From: a virus
Virus record (IMG/VR): IMGVR_UViG_3300045988_064194
Coordinates: 1 to 39,811 of that record
DNA: 39,811 nucleotides
Strand: one strand, 5' to 3'
Position 1 is the first letter of the stretch. Each line of letters begins with the position of its first letter. The notes beneath the pieces are model-generated. The model worked only from the letters and a program-made list of their open reading frames with translations. It ran no database searches and was not told the origin of the DNA. The translations under genes and the position numbers were made by a program. Below are positions 1 through 8,439 of the stretch, in pieces.

Positions 1-141
1 ATGTCCGTATGGGAAGCGTATGAGGGCTACACGCTGAACGCGACCGACGAATTCCAGAAGGGCGGTATCGAGGCCAGCGTCCAGAAGGGAATTGACCGGC
101 TCTACGAGAATGGCAAGATCACCGATGACTCGCTCCGCAAC
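1..141. repeat. Terminal overlap copy 1 (identical to 39671-39811)
   Basis: Compared base by base; all 141 nt are identical. Confidence 0.95.
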
Positions 142-2424
142 GCGGGCGAGCAGGAAGCGCTTTACCGCACATTCCAGGATAAGACCGTCCTGTCCGACGC
201 CGCGATCGGCGTCCGGAACGCGCTCAACAAGGCGCATATCGGCGACATTGGCGCGGGTGACATCATGCTCCCGTTTGCGCAGGTCCCGTCGAACCTCGGC
301 GCGCGGGCGATCGAGTATTCCCCTGCCGGGCTGCTCGTTTCCGCAGCAGATTTCATCAATATGCTTGATTCCGCGAAGAAGGGCAACCTGACTGCGGCCC
401 AGCAGGCAAAGGCGGTGCAGGGCGTAGGCCGCGCGCTGACCGGCTCCGGCATGATCGCCATTGCGGCGGCAGGCGCGCTGCGTGGCTGGCTGAAAGTCAC
501 CGGTGACGATGACGACAAGAACAAGGACGCGCTCGGCAAGACGCACGGCCTTGACGGCACGCAGCTCAATATCAGCGCGGCTCTGCGGGATCTGCGCGGG
601 GAAAGCACGCAATGGCAGGCGGGCGACCAGCTGCTTTCTATTGGCTTCCTCGACCCGCTCAACGCGCAGCTCACGACCGGCGCGCTTATTGCAGACGATA
701 TCCGCAGTGAGGCTGGCGTGACGGCCGGGCGTGTGCTCGGAAACTCGCTTTCCGGCGCGCTGCAGTCTGTTTTGGACACGCCCGTTATGTCCACGTTCCA
801 GGACGTGGCGACGAACTATGAGTACAGCGGAGCCAGCACGCCGGGTGGGAAGATGATGGACGCGGCGCAGAAATACGCGGCGAACCAGCTTTCCAGCGTC
901 ATTCCGAATTCGCTGCGCGGTATTGCGCAGGGTCTCGACGACACGGAGCGGAATGCCTATTCCTCGGATAACGTCTGGCAGCAGGCAGTCGACAACGCGA
1001 AAGCGTCCATCCCAGGCCTGCGGGAGACGCTTCCGGCGAAGACGGACGTCTGGGGAAATCCGGTCAAGAACGAAGGCGGCATCCGCAACTTCATGAACCG
1101 GAATATCAATCCCGGCAACGTCACAACGTACAAGCCGGACGCGGTATCCTCCGAGATCGAGAAAATCAGCGAGGCGACGAACACCTCTCTGTATCCTGAC
1201 CGCACTGCCCCGCGCTCTTTGAAGGTCGACGGCGAGGCTGTCAGCCTGACGTTCGAGCAGCGCAGCATGTATCAGAAAGCCTACGGCGATGCGTATTCCG
1301 CCGCCGTGACCTCGCTCATGAACGACAAGAACTACAAGGCCATGCCGGACAGCATGAAAGCCGAGATCCTGCAGCAGGCGAAGGACACCGCTACAGAGCA
1401 GGCGCGGGACAGCCTCGGCATCGGGTATGAAGTGAAATCCTCTGCACAGAAGATCTTGGAGAAGTCCGGCGCGGAGCGCAACAACGCGCTGATCTCCGCC
1501 GCCGTCAAAGCGCAGCACTATTTGTCTCCGGAGACGCAGAAACAGCTTTCTGACGTCGACCGGCAGTTCGGCGGCGCTGACTATGTCGGCTTGTCTGACG
1601 AGCTTTTCAACGCTGCGAAGGAAAAGGCGAACACCTACTTCTCGGCGGTCGAGGCTGCCAAGTATGGCGGCGAGCTGAACGAGACGCAGAAGGAGCTTGC
1701 GGACAAGGACAGCAAGGAGATGGCGCGGTACTTTATGGAGCAGGCTATCGAATCCCGCTATACCGACACGAACAAGAGCGGGACGAAAGCCGACGAGTAT
1801 CTGAAAGCATACCGGCATGGCGAGCTCAACGATGCAATGGCGCTGGCTGTTCTGAGCGACAAGGAGGTCATGGCATACGATCGCTTCGGCCGGAGCGCGA
1901 AGGTAACGCCGGAAATGGCGCTGCAGGCGGCAAACGCTCATGCCGGGATGAAGGATGTCAAGGACGAGGACGGCAAGGTCACAAGCAGCGCGCAGGACCA
2001 GTTCGACGCATGGCTCGACAAACAGAGCTGGACGGACGATCAGAAATCTGCTGTCCGCATGGGCTTCTACTCTGACAGTGTCAAGACCTACAGCTATCTG
2101 GCAGACCAGCTCCACAAAGGGAACATCAACACGGCGGCGGCAAAGAGTGAGCTTTCCGCGACGTACCAGTCCGGTTGGACGCATAACGTCAAGGATACCG
2201 GCGCTAAGATGGTTGATTACGTGGACGCCATTGTTGAGTATGAAGACCGGCCAAGCAAAGAGGAACTCGACGATGCAGGGTATAGCTATGTATGGCAGTG
2301 GTTCTGTGACTATCTCAATACTACGGACCTGACCAGAGAACAGAAGTATGCTATGGCGATCAGCATCAAGAAGAACGACTATGGCGACGGCACAAAGCAG
2401 AAGATCTGGAACAGGCTCAGATAA
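1..2424 (+). CDS. C-terminal 807 aa of the giant (about 2200 aa) virion/ejection-type polyvalent protein; same gene as 35492..39811
   Basis: The frame is open from nt 1, and the same frame has been open since ATG 35492 at the other window end. TAA at 2422-2424. Gly/Ala-rich hydrophobic helix GSGMIAIAAAGALRG. Confidence 0.8.
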   Translation: MSVWEAYEGYTLNATDEFQKGGIEASVQKGIDRLYENGKITDDSLRNAGEQEALYRTFQDKTVLSDAAIGVRNALNKAHIGDIGAGDIMLPFAQVPSNLGARAIEYSPAGLLVSAADFINMLDSAKKGNLTAAQQAKAVQGVGRALTGSGMIAIAAAGALRGWLKVTGDDDDKNKDALGKTHGLDGTQLNISAALRDLRGESTQWQAGDQLLSIGFLDPLNAQLTTGALIADDIRSEAGVTAGRVLGNSLSGALQSVLDTPVMSTFQDVATNYEYSGASTPGGKMMDAAQKYAANQLSSVIPNSLRGIAQGLDDTERNAYSSDNVWQQAVDNAKASIPGLRETLPAKTDVWGNPVKNEGGIRNFMNRNINPGNVTTYKPDAVSSEIEKISEATNTSLYPDRTAPRSLKVDGEAVSLTFEQRSMYQKAYGDAYSAAVTSLMNDKNYKAMPDSMKAEILQQAKDTATEQARDSLGIGYEVKSSAQKILEKSGAERNNALISAAVKAQHYLSPETQKQLSDVDRQFGGADYVGLSDELFNAAKEKANTYFSAVEAAKYGGELNETQKELADKDSKEMARYFMEQAIESRYTDTNKSGTKADEYLKAYRHGELNDAMALAVLSDKEVMAYDRFGRSAKVTPEMALQAANAHAGMKDVKDEDGKVTSSAQDQFDAWLDKQSWTDDQKSAVRMGFYSDSVKTYSYLADQLHKGNINTAAAKSELSATYQSGWTHNVKDTGAKMVDYVDAIVEYEDRPSKEELDDAGYSYVWQWFCDYLNTTDLTREQKYAMAISIKKNDYGDGTKQKIWNRLR

Positions 2425-2435
2425 GGGGGGTATTT

Positions 2436-2714
2436 ATGGTACAGAAGATCAAAAACGTCCTGTATATCACGATGCGAGGCGTAGATCTGACACAATGCAC
2501 AAATCTGAGCTTCAAAATTGTGCAGGGTGACAGCTTTTCAAAGACCTACACGCCGACGGTCGCCAGCGCTTCCCGGTTCACGGTCGAGGTCCCGAAAGCC
2601 GACGCGGACAGCCTGACTGTCCGACCGGCCCGCTGCCAGCTGACGTTCACCGATGAGTCGGGCAATTCCCGGGCAACGGAGATCGCCGTCGTTGACGTGG
2701 AAGAGTTGCTGTAG
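2436..2714 (+). CDS. Hypothetical small structural-module protein (92 aa)
   Basis: ATG 5 nt after AAGGGGGG; tightly packed between the giant gene and the fibre gene; beta-rich composition. Confidence 0.55.
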   Translation: MVQKIKNVLYITMRGVDLTQCTNLSFKIVQGDSFSKTYTPTVASASRFTVEVPKADADSLTVRPARCQLTFTDESGNSRATEIAVVDVEELL

Positions 2715-2725
2715 GAGGTGGGCGC

Positions 2726-3646
2726 ATGTCTGATGCAGTATTTGAACAGCGGCTGAATATGGCCGTGGAGCCGGACACGGCGACGCTTGTTGTCCGCGAC
2801 GCCATCAAAGGTGACAAGGGCGACAAAGGAGATAAAGGGGACACCGGGCCGCAGGGGCTGCAGGGGGAAACTGGCCCACAGGGCGAGAAAGGTGCAACCG
2901 GCGAAACCGGCCCGCAAGGCCCACAGGGCGAGAAGGGCGACACCGGCCCGCAAGGCGAGACCGGCCCGCAGGGCGAGCAGGGAAAGCAGGGCATCCAGGG
3001 GCCGCAGGGCAAACCCGGTTCCAGCGTCACGGGAATCACGCTTGTTGGGACCGTCGACGACACGACGACCTATCAGGTCTCGATGTCGGACGGGCAGTCG
3101 TTCTTGTTCTCGGTGAAAGCCGTGCCCGGCCCTGCCGGTGCGGCCGGTTCCCCCGGCACGCCGGGCACGAACGGAACGACCTTCACGCCGTCCGTCTCCG
3201 AGGACGGCACGCTCAGCTGGTCTAACGCAGACGGCAAGGAAAACCCGGCGAGCGTCAATATCAAAGGCCCGCAGGGCAGCCCCGGAGCAAAGGGCAACAA
3301 GGGTGATACCGGCCCGCAAGGGCAGACTGGCCCGCAGGGTGAGCAGGGGCCACAGGGAGAGCCCGGCCCCACCGGCCCGCAGGGCCCGACCGGCCCGAAC
3401 GCTGTCTCGACCACCACGGCGAGCAACATCACCGGCCTGCTCAAAGGCAGCGGCGGGAAGGTTGCACAGGCGGTAGCAAATACCGACTATATCAGCCCGG
3501 CCAACATGAAGACCTTCTTGAACCGGCAGACAGCGGTCAACGCCGCCGATACCAATTATACAACGTTGATGGCACGCGGCATGTCTCTGAATTCTGCTGA
3601 GACTACCCCAGCCGTGAACGGGGCCATTGCATGGCAATACGAATAA
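2726..3646 (+). CDS. Collagen-like repeat tail/virion fibre protein (306 aa)
   Basis: Two long Gly-X-Y blocks ([25 protein letters not shown]... and [19 protein letters not shown]...). AGGAGG RBS. The C-terminal module is shared with ORF 31782..31967. Confidence 0.8.
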   Translation: MSDAVFEQRLNMAVEPDTATLVVRDAIKGDKGDKGDKGDTGPQGLQGETGPQGEKGATGETGPQGPQGEKGDTGPQGETGPQGEQGKQGIQGPQGKPGSSVTGITLVGTVDDTTTYQVSMSDGQSFLFSVKAVPGPAGAAGSPGTPGTNGTTFTPSVSEDGTLSWSNADGKENPASVNIKGPQGSPGAKGNKGDTGPQGQTGPQGEQGPQGEPGPTGPQGPTGPNAVSTTTASNITGLLKGSGGKVAQAVANTDYISPANMKTFLNRQTAVNAADTNYTTLMARGMSLNSAETTPAVNGAIAWQYE

Positions 3647-3657
3647 AGGAGAACCGT

Positions 3658-3933
3658 ATGTACATCAACTGGGAGACCATCATCACTGTTGGCAAGGTCA
3701 TCGGCGCACTCGGCGTCATTATCAGCTCGACCGTCGCGCTGTACAAGACGGTCGAGAGCATCAAGCTGCAGAAACAGGATATCCGCAGCATCCAGGAGGA
3801 ACAGACGCTTCTTTGCTACGGCCTGAAAGGTGCGCTGCAGGGGCTGATCGAGCAGGGCTGTGACGGCCCGTGCAAGGACGCTTTGGACAAGCTGGAAAAG
3901 CACCTGAACAAAGAAGCACACGACCAACATTAA
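3658..3933 (+). CDS. Small membrane protein of the lysis cassette (N-terminal TM helix plus coiled coil; BhlA/holin-accessory-like)
   Basis: AAGGAGAA RBS 5 nt before ATG 3658 (the track start at 3631 lies inside the preceding gene). TM segment IITVGKVIGALGVIISSTVAL. Sits directly upstream of the holin. Confidence 0.5.
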   Translation: MYINWETIITVGKVIGALGVIISSTVALYKTVESIKLQKQDIRSIQEEQTLLCYGLKGALQGLIEQGCDGPCKDALDKLEKHLNKEAHDQH

Positions 3934-3971
3934 CACCGCCGCAAGGCGTAAATTTGAAAGGAGCACATACT

Positions 3972-4166
3972 ATGAACGCAAAATGGTGGAAAGCCGCGGG
4001 TATCCGCGCGATCAAGACCGTCGCCCAGACGGCGGTAGCAACCATCGGCACGTCGGCAGTTATCTCGGAAGTGAATTGGCTCGTCGTCGCCTCGGCCTCG
4101 GCGCTGGCGGGCATTTTGTCCCTGCTGACGAGCATTGCGGGCCTGCCGGAGGTCAAGGAAGAATGA
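3972..4166 (+). CDS. Holin (r1t-type-like, 64 aa)
   Basis: Internal ATG 3972 with a GAAAGGAG RBS. WWKAAGIRAIKTVAQTAVATIG...LAGILSLLTSIAG resembles r1t-family holins. Two hydrophobic helices. The stop overlaps the endolysin start (ATGATGA). Confidence 0.7.
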   Translation: MNAKWWKAAGIRAIKTVAQTAVATIGTSAVISEVNWLVVASASALAGILSLLTSIAGLPEVKEE

Positions 4167-4861
4167 TGGAGATCGACAGCTCCATCCGAGCGAAGTGGCA
4201 CGGCGGAAAGCGCAAGCTCTCCGCCATCACCGCCATCGTCATGCACTACACGGCAAACACGGGCCAGATGGCGACGGCCAAAGGGAACGCCCGCTATTTT
4301 GAGGGCGGCAGCGAGGGACGCAAGGCCTCGGCCCACTACGTCGTCGACGAGGGCAATGTGGCCTACGAGTGCGTGCCGCTCGATACCGTCGCCTGGTCCG
4401 TCGGAGACGGCAATAAGGGGCCGTATGGCAAGCTCGTCAACAACTACAACTCGGTATCGATCGAGATGGTCAGCCACACGGACGCCGCCGGGCGGTATTA
4501 CATCCCCGTCGAGACGCAGAGGCACGCGGCGGAGCTGTACGCGCAGCTGAAAAAACAGCTGCCGAACGTCAAGTATGTTGTTCGGCACTACGATGTCAGT
4601 CTGAAAAAATGCCCTGCGCCGATGATCGACGAGGGCGCATGGGCAAAATTCAAAAACCTGCTGGAGGAGGCAGAAGAAGTGAGATACGAAAAGCTGAAAG
4701 ACGTTACGAACCAGACGTACCGCCAGACGCTGGACAAACTGGTGGAGAAGGGCCTGCTCAAAGGCAAGGGCGGCGAGGGGGAAGACCTGCTGCTGGATCT
4801 GGCAGAGGACAACGTCCGCATGCTGATTATTCTCGACCGCACCGGTGTGTTCGGGGATTAA
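4163..4861 (+). CDS. Endolysin, N-acetylmuramoyl-L-alanine amidase (Amidase_2/PGRP type) with a C-terminal putative wall-binding module
   Basis: Motifs IVMHYTAN, ASAHYVVD, AWSVGD, SVSIEM, VVRHYDVSLKKCP. Position immediately after the holin. Confidence 0.85.
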   Translation: MMEIDSSIRAKWHGGKRKLSAITAIVMHYTANTGQMATAKGNARYFEGGSEGRKASAHYVVDEGNVAYECVPLDTVAWSVGDGNKGPYGKLVNNYNSVSIEMVSHTDAAGRYYIPVETQRHAAELYAQLKKQLPNVKYVVRHYDVSLKKCPAPMIDEGAWAKFKNLLEEAEEVRYEKLKDVTNQTYRQTLDKLVEKGLLKGKGGEGEDLLLDLAEDNVRMLIILDRTGVFGD

Positions 4862-4864
4862 GGT

Positions 4865-5080
4865 ATGCAGCGCGGTCTTCCGACGAAGCCGCGCAGCGAG
4901 TGGGAGCACCTAATCTCCGAATGGATCCTGAACGCCCAATACCGGGAGATCATGCGCCGGAACATCTGCGACGGCGCGACGGCGGAGCAGCTGGCCGAAC
5001 GGTACGGCTTTTCCGTGAACGGCATGAAGGGCATCATCAAACGTTGTACAACGATCTTATTAGAGGCAGGCGCGGAATGA
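4865..5080 (+). CDS. Small sigma-70 region-4-like HTH protein (71 aa), possible late regulator
   Basis: ...GATAEQLAERYGFSVNGMKGIIKRC... has an HTH pattern. Starts 4 nt after the endolysin stop. Confidence 0.45.
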   Translation: MQRGLPTKPRSEWEHLISEWILNAQYREIMRRNICDGATAEQLAERYGFSVNGMKGIIKRCTTILLEAGAE

Positions 5081-5099
5081 TCCGCGCTTGCCTCTTTTT
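5064..5099 (+). terminator. Rho-independent terminator after the lysis operon
   Basis: 13-bp stem (AGGCAGGCGCGGA / TCCGCGCTTGCCT, one G-U pair), loop ATGA, then CTTTTTG. Confidence 0.6.
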
Positions 5100-5199
5100 G
5101 TGCTTTTTATGGGCCTGCGCTTGGTTTTTTGTGATGACGTTTTCCCTCAGAATGACGGTAGGAGCTGGCCAGCTTACTACATCTTCGGAGGTATTTCTC

Positions 5200-5697
5200 A
5201 TGGAATACGCAAGCAATGGCAAGGGTAATCTGGGCGTGACGCTCGGTGCGATCGGCACCGGTCTTGGCGTGCTGAACGGCGGTCTCGGGGGCATTCTCGG
5301 CGGATTCGGCGCGAATCCTGCTGCAGCTGCGGCTATGGCTGCGGGTAACAGTGACAACCACTATGTCAGCCGTTATGAGGCTAGTCAGTCCGCACGAATC
5401 GCAGAGCTGGAGACGGAAGTGAAGCTGCGCGACGCGAACGCTTACACTGATAAGAAAATTCTCGAGGTGTACCAGTACACGGACGGCAGAATGCGCTCGA
5501 TCGAAGAGCAGCTTTGCCAGCAGCGCGTTATCAACGCGCAGACCACGGCGAACCTGTCCTGCATGCAGAACGAGATCGCGACTCTTTCCGGCATGACCAA
5601 GACGGTTATCCCCATTGCCAACATCTGCCCGGAACCGATGCAGCGGTATAACAGCTGGACGGCTCCGACCGGCACGGCTACCACCAGCGAGGGCTAA
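5200..5697 (+). CDS. Hypothetical protein, Gly-rich hydrophobic N-terminus plus coiled coil (165 aa)
   Basis: GGAGG RBS before ATG 5200. Only the 3' third of track ORF 4609..5697 looks coding. GC-rich hairpin at 5704-5723 after the stop. Confidence 0.55.
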   Translation: MEYASNGKGNLGVTLGAIGTGLGVLNGGLGGILGGFGANPAAAAAMAAGNSDNHYVSRYEASQSARIAELETEVKLRDANAYTDKKILEVYQYTDGRMRSIEEQLCQQRVINAQTTANLSCMQNEIATLSGMTKTVIPIANICPEPMQRYNSWTAPTGTATTSEG

Positions 5698-5745
5698 ATG
5701 CGAGGGGCGGCTATTGCCGCCCCAACTTAAAACGGAGGTATCTGT

Positions 5746-6084
5746 ATGACAGTGACAATAGATCAGGCCATGCGCGGCGCAGTACGGTTCGCTGATACTG
5801 AGGTCATCCCGCACCTGCCGGGCGGCAAGGGCATCGGGGCCGGGATCATGCTGGCGTTAATCATGGAGGGCAGCCGCGAAAAGATCCTTGCGCTGCGTGA
5901 GCATCCGGCTGTGAAGCTCATGCAGATCATGGACGAGCAAGGCAATATCGACCTTGACCGCCTGTACAACGCAGCAAGGCCGAAATTCGAAAACAAGCTG
6001 TCTGTGTCAGTTCCGCTCATTGGCGATTTGAAATTCGATCAGAACGACGTGGACAAGCTTTACAAATACATGCAGGAGGCGTGA
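5746..6084 (+). CDS. Hypothetical protein (112 aa) with one hydrophobic segment
   Basis: GGAGG RBS; coding-like composition; 1-nt gap to the next gene. Confidence 0.55.
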   Translation: MTVTIDQAMRGAVRFADTEVIPHLPGGKGIGAGIMLALIMEGSREKILALREHPAVKLMQIMDEQGNIDLDRLYNAARPKFENKLSVSVPLIGDLKFDQNDVDKLYKYMQEA

Positions 6085-6085
6085 T

Positions 6086-6559
6086 ATGGGAAAAGCGCAT
6101 TACATTGAGCAGCTCAAAGAGCAGATGCATGAGATAATGGAACGCCCGGTGACGCTGGGGCGCGCGGAAGAAGTTACGGTATATGCAGATGCTATCTGCG
6201 CGCTGCATAAGCTGGATGGTGACCATTTTCGTGAGTCCACGAAAATGATGGAATTTACCGAGGACGACGCAAAAGCGTGGACGGCCCGCATGGAGAACAC
6301 GGACGATACAACCGGCCAGCATTGGCCGATAGAGCAAACCACAGCAGTCATGCGGTCGCGCGGCCTGCACTATGATCCTGCTGTCTGGTACGCGGCAATG
6401 AATATGATCTACAGCGACTACTTCAAAACCGCAAAGAAGCACGGCGTCAACACCGTTGAATTTTTCGCGGACATGACCGACGCATTCCTCGACGATAAGG
6501 ATGCAGGCACCCCGGAAGAGAAAATCAGCTCGTATTATCATTGCGTAGTTTTGCCATAA
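6086..6559 (+). CDS. Hypothetical protein (157 aa)
   Basis: AGGAGG RBS 6 nt upstream of the ATG. Last gene before the attP-like region. Confidence 0.6.
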   Translation: MGKAHYIEQLKEQMHEIMERPVTLGRAEEVTVYADAICALHKLDGDHFRESTKMMEFTEDDAKAWTARMENTDDTTGQHWPIEQTTAVMRSRGLHYDPAVWYAAMNMIYSDYFKTAKKHGVNTVEFFADMTDAFLDDKDAGTPEEKISSYYHCVVLP

Positions 6560-6568
6560 AATTTGCCA
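6550..6568 (+). repeat. Tandem TTTGCCA sites (12-nt spacing), putative arm-type recombinase binding sites (left)
   Basis: TTTGCCAtaaaaTTTGCCA. The near-identical block TTTTGCCA(Y)(R)A(W)(W)TTTGCCACAG(G)AAT recurs at 6779-6803. Confidence 0.4.
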
Positions 6569-6641
6569 CAGGAATAAAATGCCTAGTATTTTCAACGGGT
6601 TTATCGTTTGATTTGATATTTCAAATCTCTCCTTCCGCGCC

Positions 6642-6686
6642 AGAAAGAAAACCCTGCAATCTCACGGATTGCAGGGTTTTTCTTTG
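6642..6686. terminator. Bidirectional Rho-independent terminator
   Basis: 14-bp stem AAAACCCTGCAATC / GATTGCAGGGTTTT with loop TCACG, an A-run upstream and a T-run downstream. Confidence 0.65.
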
Positions 6687-6724
6687 CACACCAAGGATTT
6701 CAGGCGTTTCTGCCGTTAACATTT

Positions 6725-6764
6725 TTCTGCTATGCGTATCATTATTTTGATACGCATAGCAGAA
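6725..6764. repeat. Perfect 16-bp inverted repeat with an 8-nt AT spacer; candidate attP core (or strong hairpin)
   Basis: TTCTGCTATGCGTATC-attatttt-GATACGCATAGCAGAA, 47 nt from the integrase stop. Confidence 0.4.
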
Positions 6765-6778
6765 TTTTGGTACGCGTT

Positions 6779-6797
6779 TTTGCCACGATTTTTGCCA
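6779..6797 (+). repeat. Tandem TTTGCCA sites (12-nt spacing), putative arm-type sites (right)
   Basis: TTTGCCAcgattTTTGCCA, in the same orientation as 6550-6568. Confidence 0.4.
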
Positions 6798-6810
6798 CAG
6801 AATCAAGAAG

Positions 6811-7821
6811 CTACGCAAAGAAGTTTTTGATCTGCTGAACAGAATCGGAGATATCCGCCTGCGCAATGTGTGTATATATTTTTCGCATGGTTCCGTAGTC
6901 CGACCAGCCCCCAAGCTGCATTGTGACTTTTTCAGATATCCCTAATTTATAGGCGAGGGAGCAGAAAGAATGCCTTAGTCCGTGTGTCCCGACTTCCGGC
7001 AGGTTCGCTTTTCTGCATATTTTATTTGCGGAGGCTCGGATGCTATTCGGGTTTGCGATTACGACAAATTCACTGGTTCTTTCTGCGTCAGAAAGCAGCT
7101 GAAATAGTCTTGGTATCATGATCGGGATCGTCCGCCGGGAAGAACGGTTTTTGTTCGTTGGCTTGTTTACCAGCTTGTTATTTTCGTCAAACAAGGTTGC
7201 CCCCCGAACTGTTATGGACTGCTTTTTCAAATCAACGTTTTCCCAACGTAAGCCTAAAATCTCGGATACGCGCAAAGAGTGCAGAGCAAGCAAAAATGCA
7301 ATTTCGTATTTGCTTCCTTCTGCCTCTTTGAGGAATACCGGAATTTCTTCTGCGGACAAAAATGCATGCTCGTCGGACTGAACAGCGGGAAGCGATACGT
7401 CATAAGATACGCTGTATTGTTTAAGAGCTGGGCGTATCAGTGCCCATGTTTCGCGAATGGTCTTCGGGCTGCATTTTTCGGTGTTGATCGCCTGCTGGAT
7501 GGCGCTTACAGAAAGTTTAGATAAAGGAATGTCCATGATGGACTGTAGATAACAACGCTGCTTGATTCTGTGCCCACGCACAGAAGCTGGGGAGAGCACC
7601 CCGCTTTTCAGGGTCAGATACTCGTCAATCGCTTTTCGTATTGTGATTTCCGGTTTTTCGTTTTCTTCGGCAAGAAGCCCTATTTTGTACTCCAAAGCAG
7701 CCTGTTCCGCTTCCCGTTTTGTAGGGGCTGTGAAAGACTTCTTTTGCCCATTCACCATCACGCGGCAGCGGAAGGAGCCGGAGGGGAGTTTTTCAGCTTC
7801 GGGGACTTTGACTTTCTTCAT
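6811..7821 (-). CDS. int: Tyrosine recombinase / phage integrase (336 aa)
   Basis: C-terminal catalytic pattern ...LRVSEILGLRWENV...HGLRHSFCSLAY...GGWSDYGTMRKIYTHI. ATG 7821 preceded by AAGGAGAA (the track start at 7869 is further upstream). Confidence 0.9.
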   Translation of the reverse strand: MKKVKVPEAEKLPSGSFRCRVMVNGQKKSFTAPTKREAEQAALEYKIGLLAEENEKPEITIRKAIDEYLTLKSGVLSPASVRGHRIKQRCYLQSIMDIPLSKLSVSAIQQAINTEKCSPKTIRETWALIRPALKQYSVSYDVSLPAVQSDEHAFLSAEEIPVFLKEAEGSKYEIAFLLALHSLRVSEILGLRWENVDLKKQSITVRGATLFDENNKLVNKPTNKNRSSRRTIPIMIPRLFQLLSDAERTSEFVVIANPNSIRASANKICRKANLPEVGTHGLRHSFCSLAYKLGISEKVTMQLGGWSDYGTMRKIYTHIAQADISDSVQQIKNFFA

Positions 7822-8365
7822 GTTGGTTCTCCTTGCGGATGATGCGGAGGATGGTGATACCGGCAGCAACGGCGGAGGCGACGATCAGGCCGATGAAGGC
7901 CCAAGCGGCGCCGGACAGTCTGCCGCCGCGGATGATACCGGCGTCAGTGATCTGGGAGTCGATCATGAGATAGACAATGAGCGACAGCGCCAGAATGATG
8001 CAGAAGAAGACGAGCACATAGCAGATCGTGTGCGTGGATCTGATCTGTGCTTTCTGCGCCGCGTTGGCTGTGACGAGCTTGGCATTTTCGAGTTCGAGCT
8101 GGTGGTTGCGTTCCTGCAGCTCGCTTGGGCTGTCGGCAGGTTTCTCCAGCCCGCAGAGAGCATCAAGCGATAGCCCAAGCGTATCAGCGATTGCAGCTTC
8201 GTTGTACAACAGTGGGTTTGCCTGCACACCAGAGTTGACGCGGCTCACATTCGAGTACGGTACACCAGACCTTTCCGAAAGCGCACTGATCGTCATTCCG
8301 ACTTCGTTTCTTCTTCGCTTTATTTTTTCTGAATAGGCTTCAAAAAACGGTGCAAGCTTCTCCAT
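7793..8365 (-). CDS. XRE-family HTH protein with a coiled coil and two C-terminal TM helices (membrane-anchored regulator)
   Basis: HTH MTISALSERSGVPYSNVSRVNSG. TM segments ICYVLVFFCIILALSLIVYLMI and AAWAFIGLIVASAVAAGITIL. The 3' end overlaps the int start by 29 nt. The start may instead be TTG 8374, which lies 8 nt after GGAGG. Confidence 0.7.
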   Translation of the reverse strand: MEKLAPFFEAYSEKIKRRRNEVGMTISALSERSGVPYSNVSRVNSGVQANPLLYNEAAIADTLGLSLDALCGLEKPADSPSELQERNHQLELENAKLVTANAAQKAQIRSTHTICYVLVFFCIILALSLIVYLMIDSQITDAGIIRGGRLSGAAWAFIGLIVASAVAAGITILRIIRKENQHEESQSPRS

Positions 8366-8425
8366 TGATGTCAAAATAAACGCCTCCAACAACAAGATTC
8401 CAAAAATAGGTTAAAATTGCAATTT

Positions 8426-8439
8426 TGAACACACGTTTT
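8426..8439. promoter_or_regulatory. Cheo-like (LexA-box-like) site upstream of the XRE-TM/int operon
   Basis: TGAACACACGTTTT fits the core GAAC-N4-GTTY of CGAACRNRYGTTYC, but both flanking C positions are mismatched. AATTTTGAACA is repeated at 8421-8431 and 8444-8454. Confidence 0.3.

Noticed and set aside
1-141. The 141-nt terminal repeat read as a genuine physical direct terminal repeat of the virion DNA.
   Set aside because: The repeat lies in the middle of a coding sequence, and its length equals a common maximal assembler k-mer. An assembly overlap of a circular or permuted genome is the more economical explanation, and it is testable with read-start analysis.
2800-3400. Strong 9-nt periodic repetition (GGNCCNCAG-like) that could be mistaken for a tandem repeat or CRISPR-like array.
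   Set aside because: The periodicity is Gly-X-Y collagen coding within one long ORF. There are no spacer/repeat alternation, no leader and no cas genes.
3631-3657. The upstream start (3631) for the small membrane protein as listed in the ORF track.
   Set aside because: ATG 3631 lies inside the fibre gene and has no RBS. ATG 3658 follows AAGGAGAA at optimal spacing.
4609-5199. The 5' two thirds of track ORF 4609..5697 (362 aa), overlapping the endolysin and the sigma-like gene.
   Set aside because: This part is Arg/Gly-rich off-frame translation of genes with clear products. It crosses a good terminator (5064-5099). A GGAGG RBS and ATG at 5200 define a sensible 165-aa gene.
6560-6810. A tRNA or tmRNA fragment as the integration target within the attP region.
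   Set aside because: I could not fold any cloverleaf or acceptor/T-arm-like segment. The hairpins present are a terminator and a symmetric palindrome. The target gene remains unknown without the host junctions.
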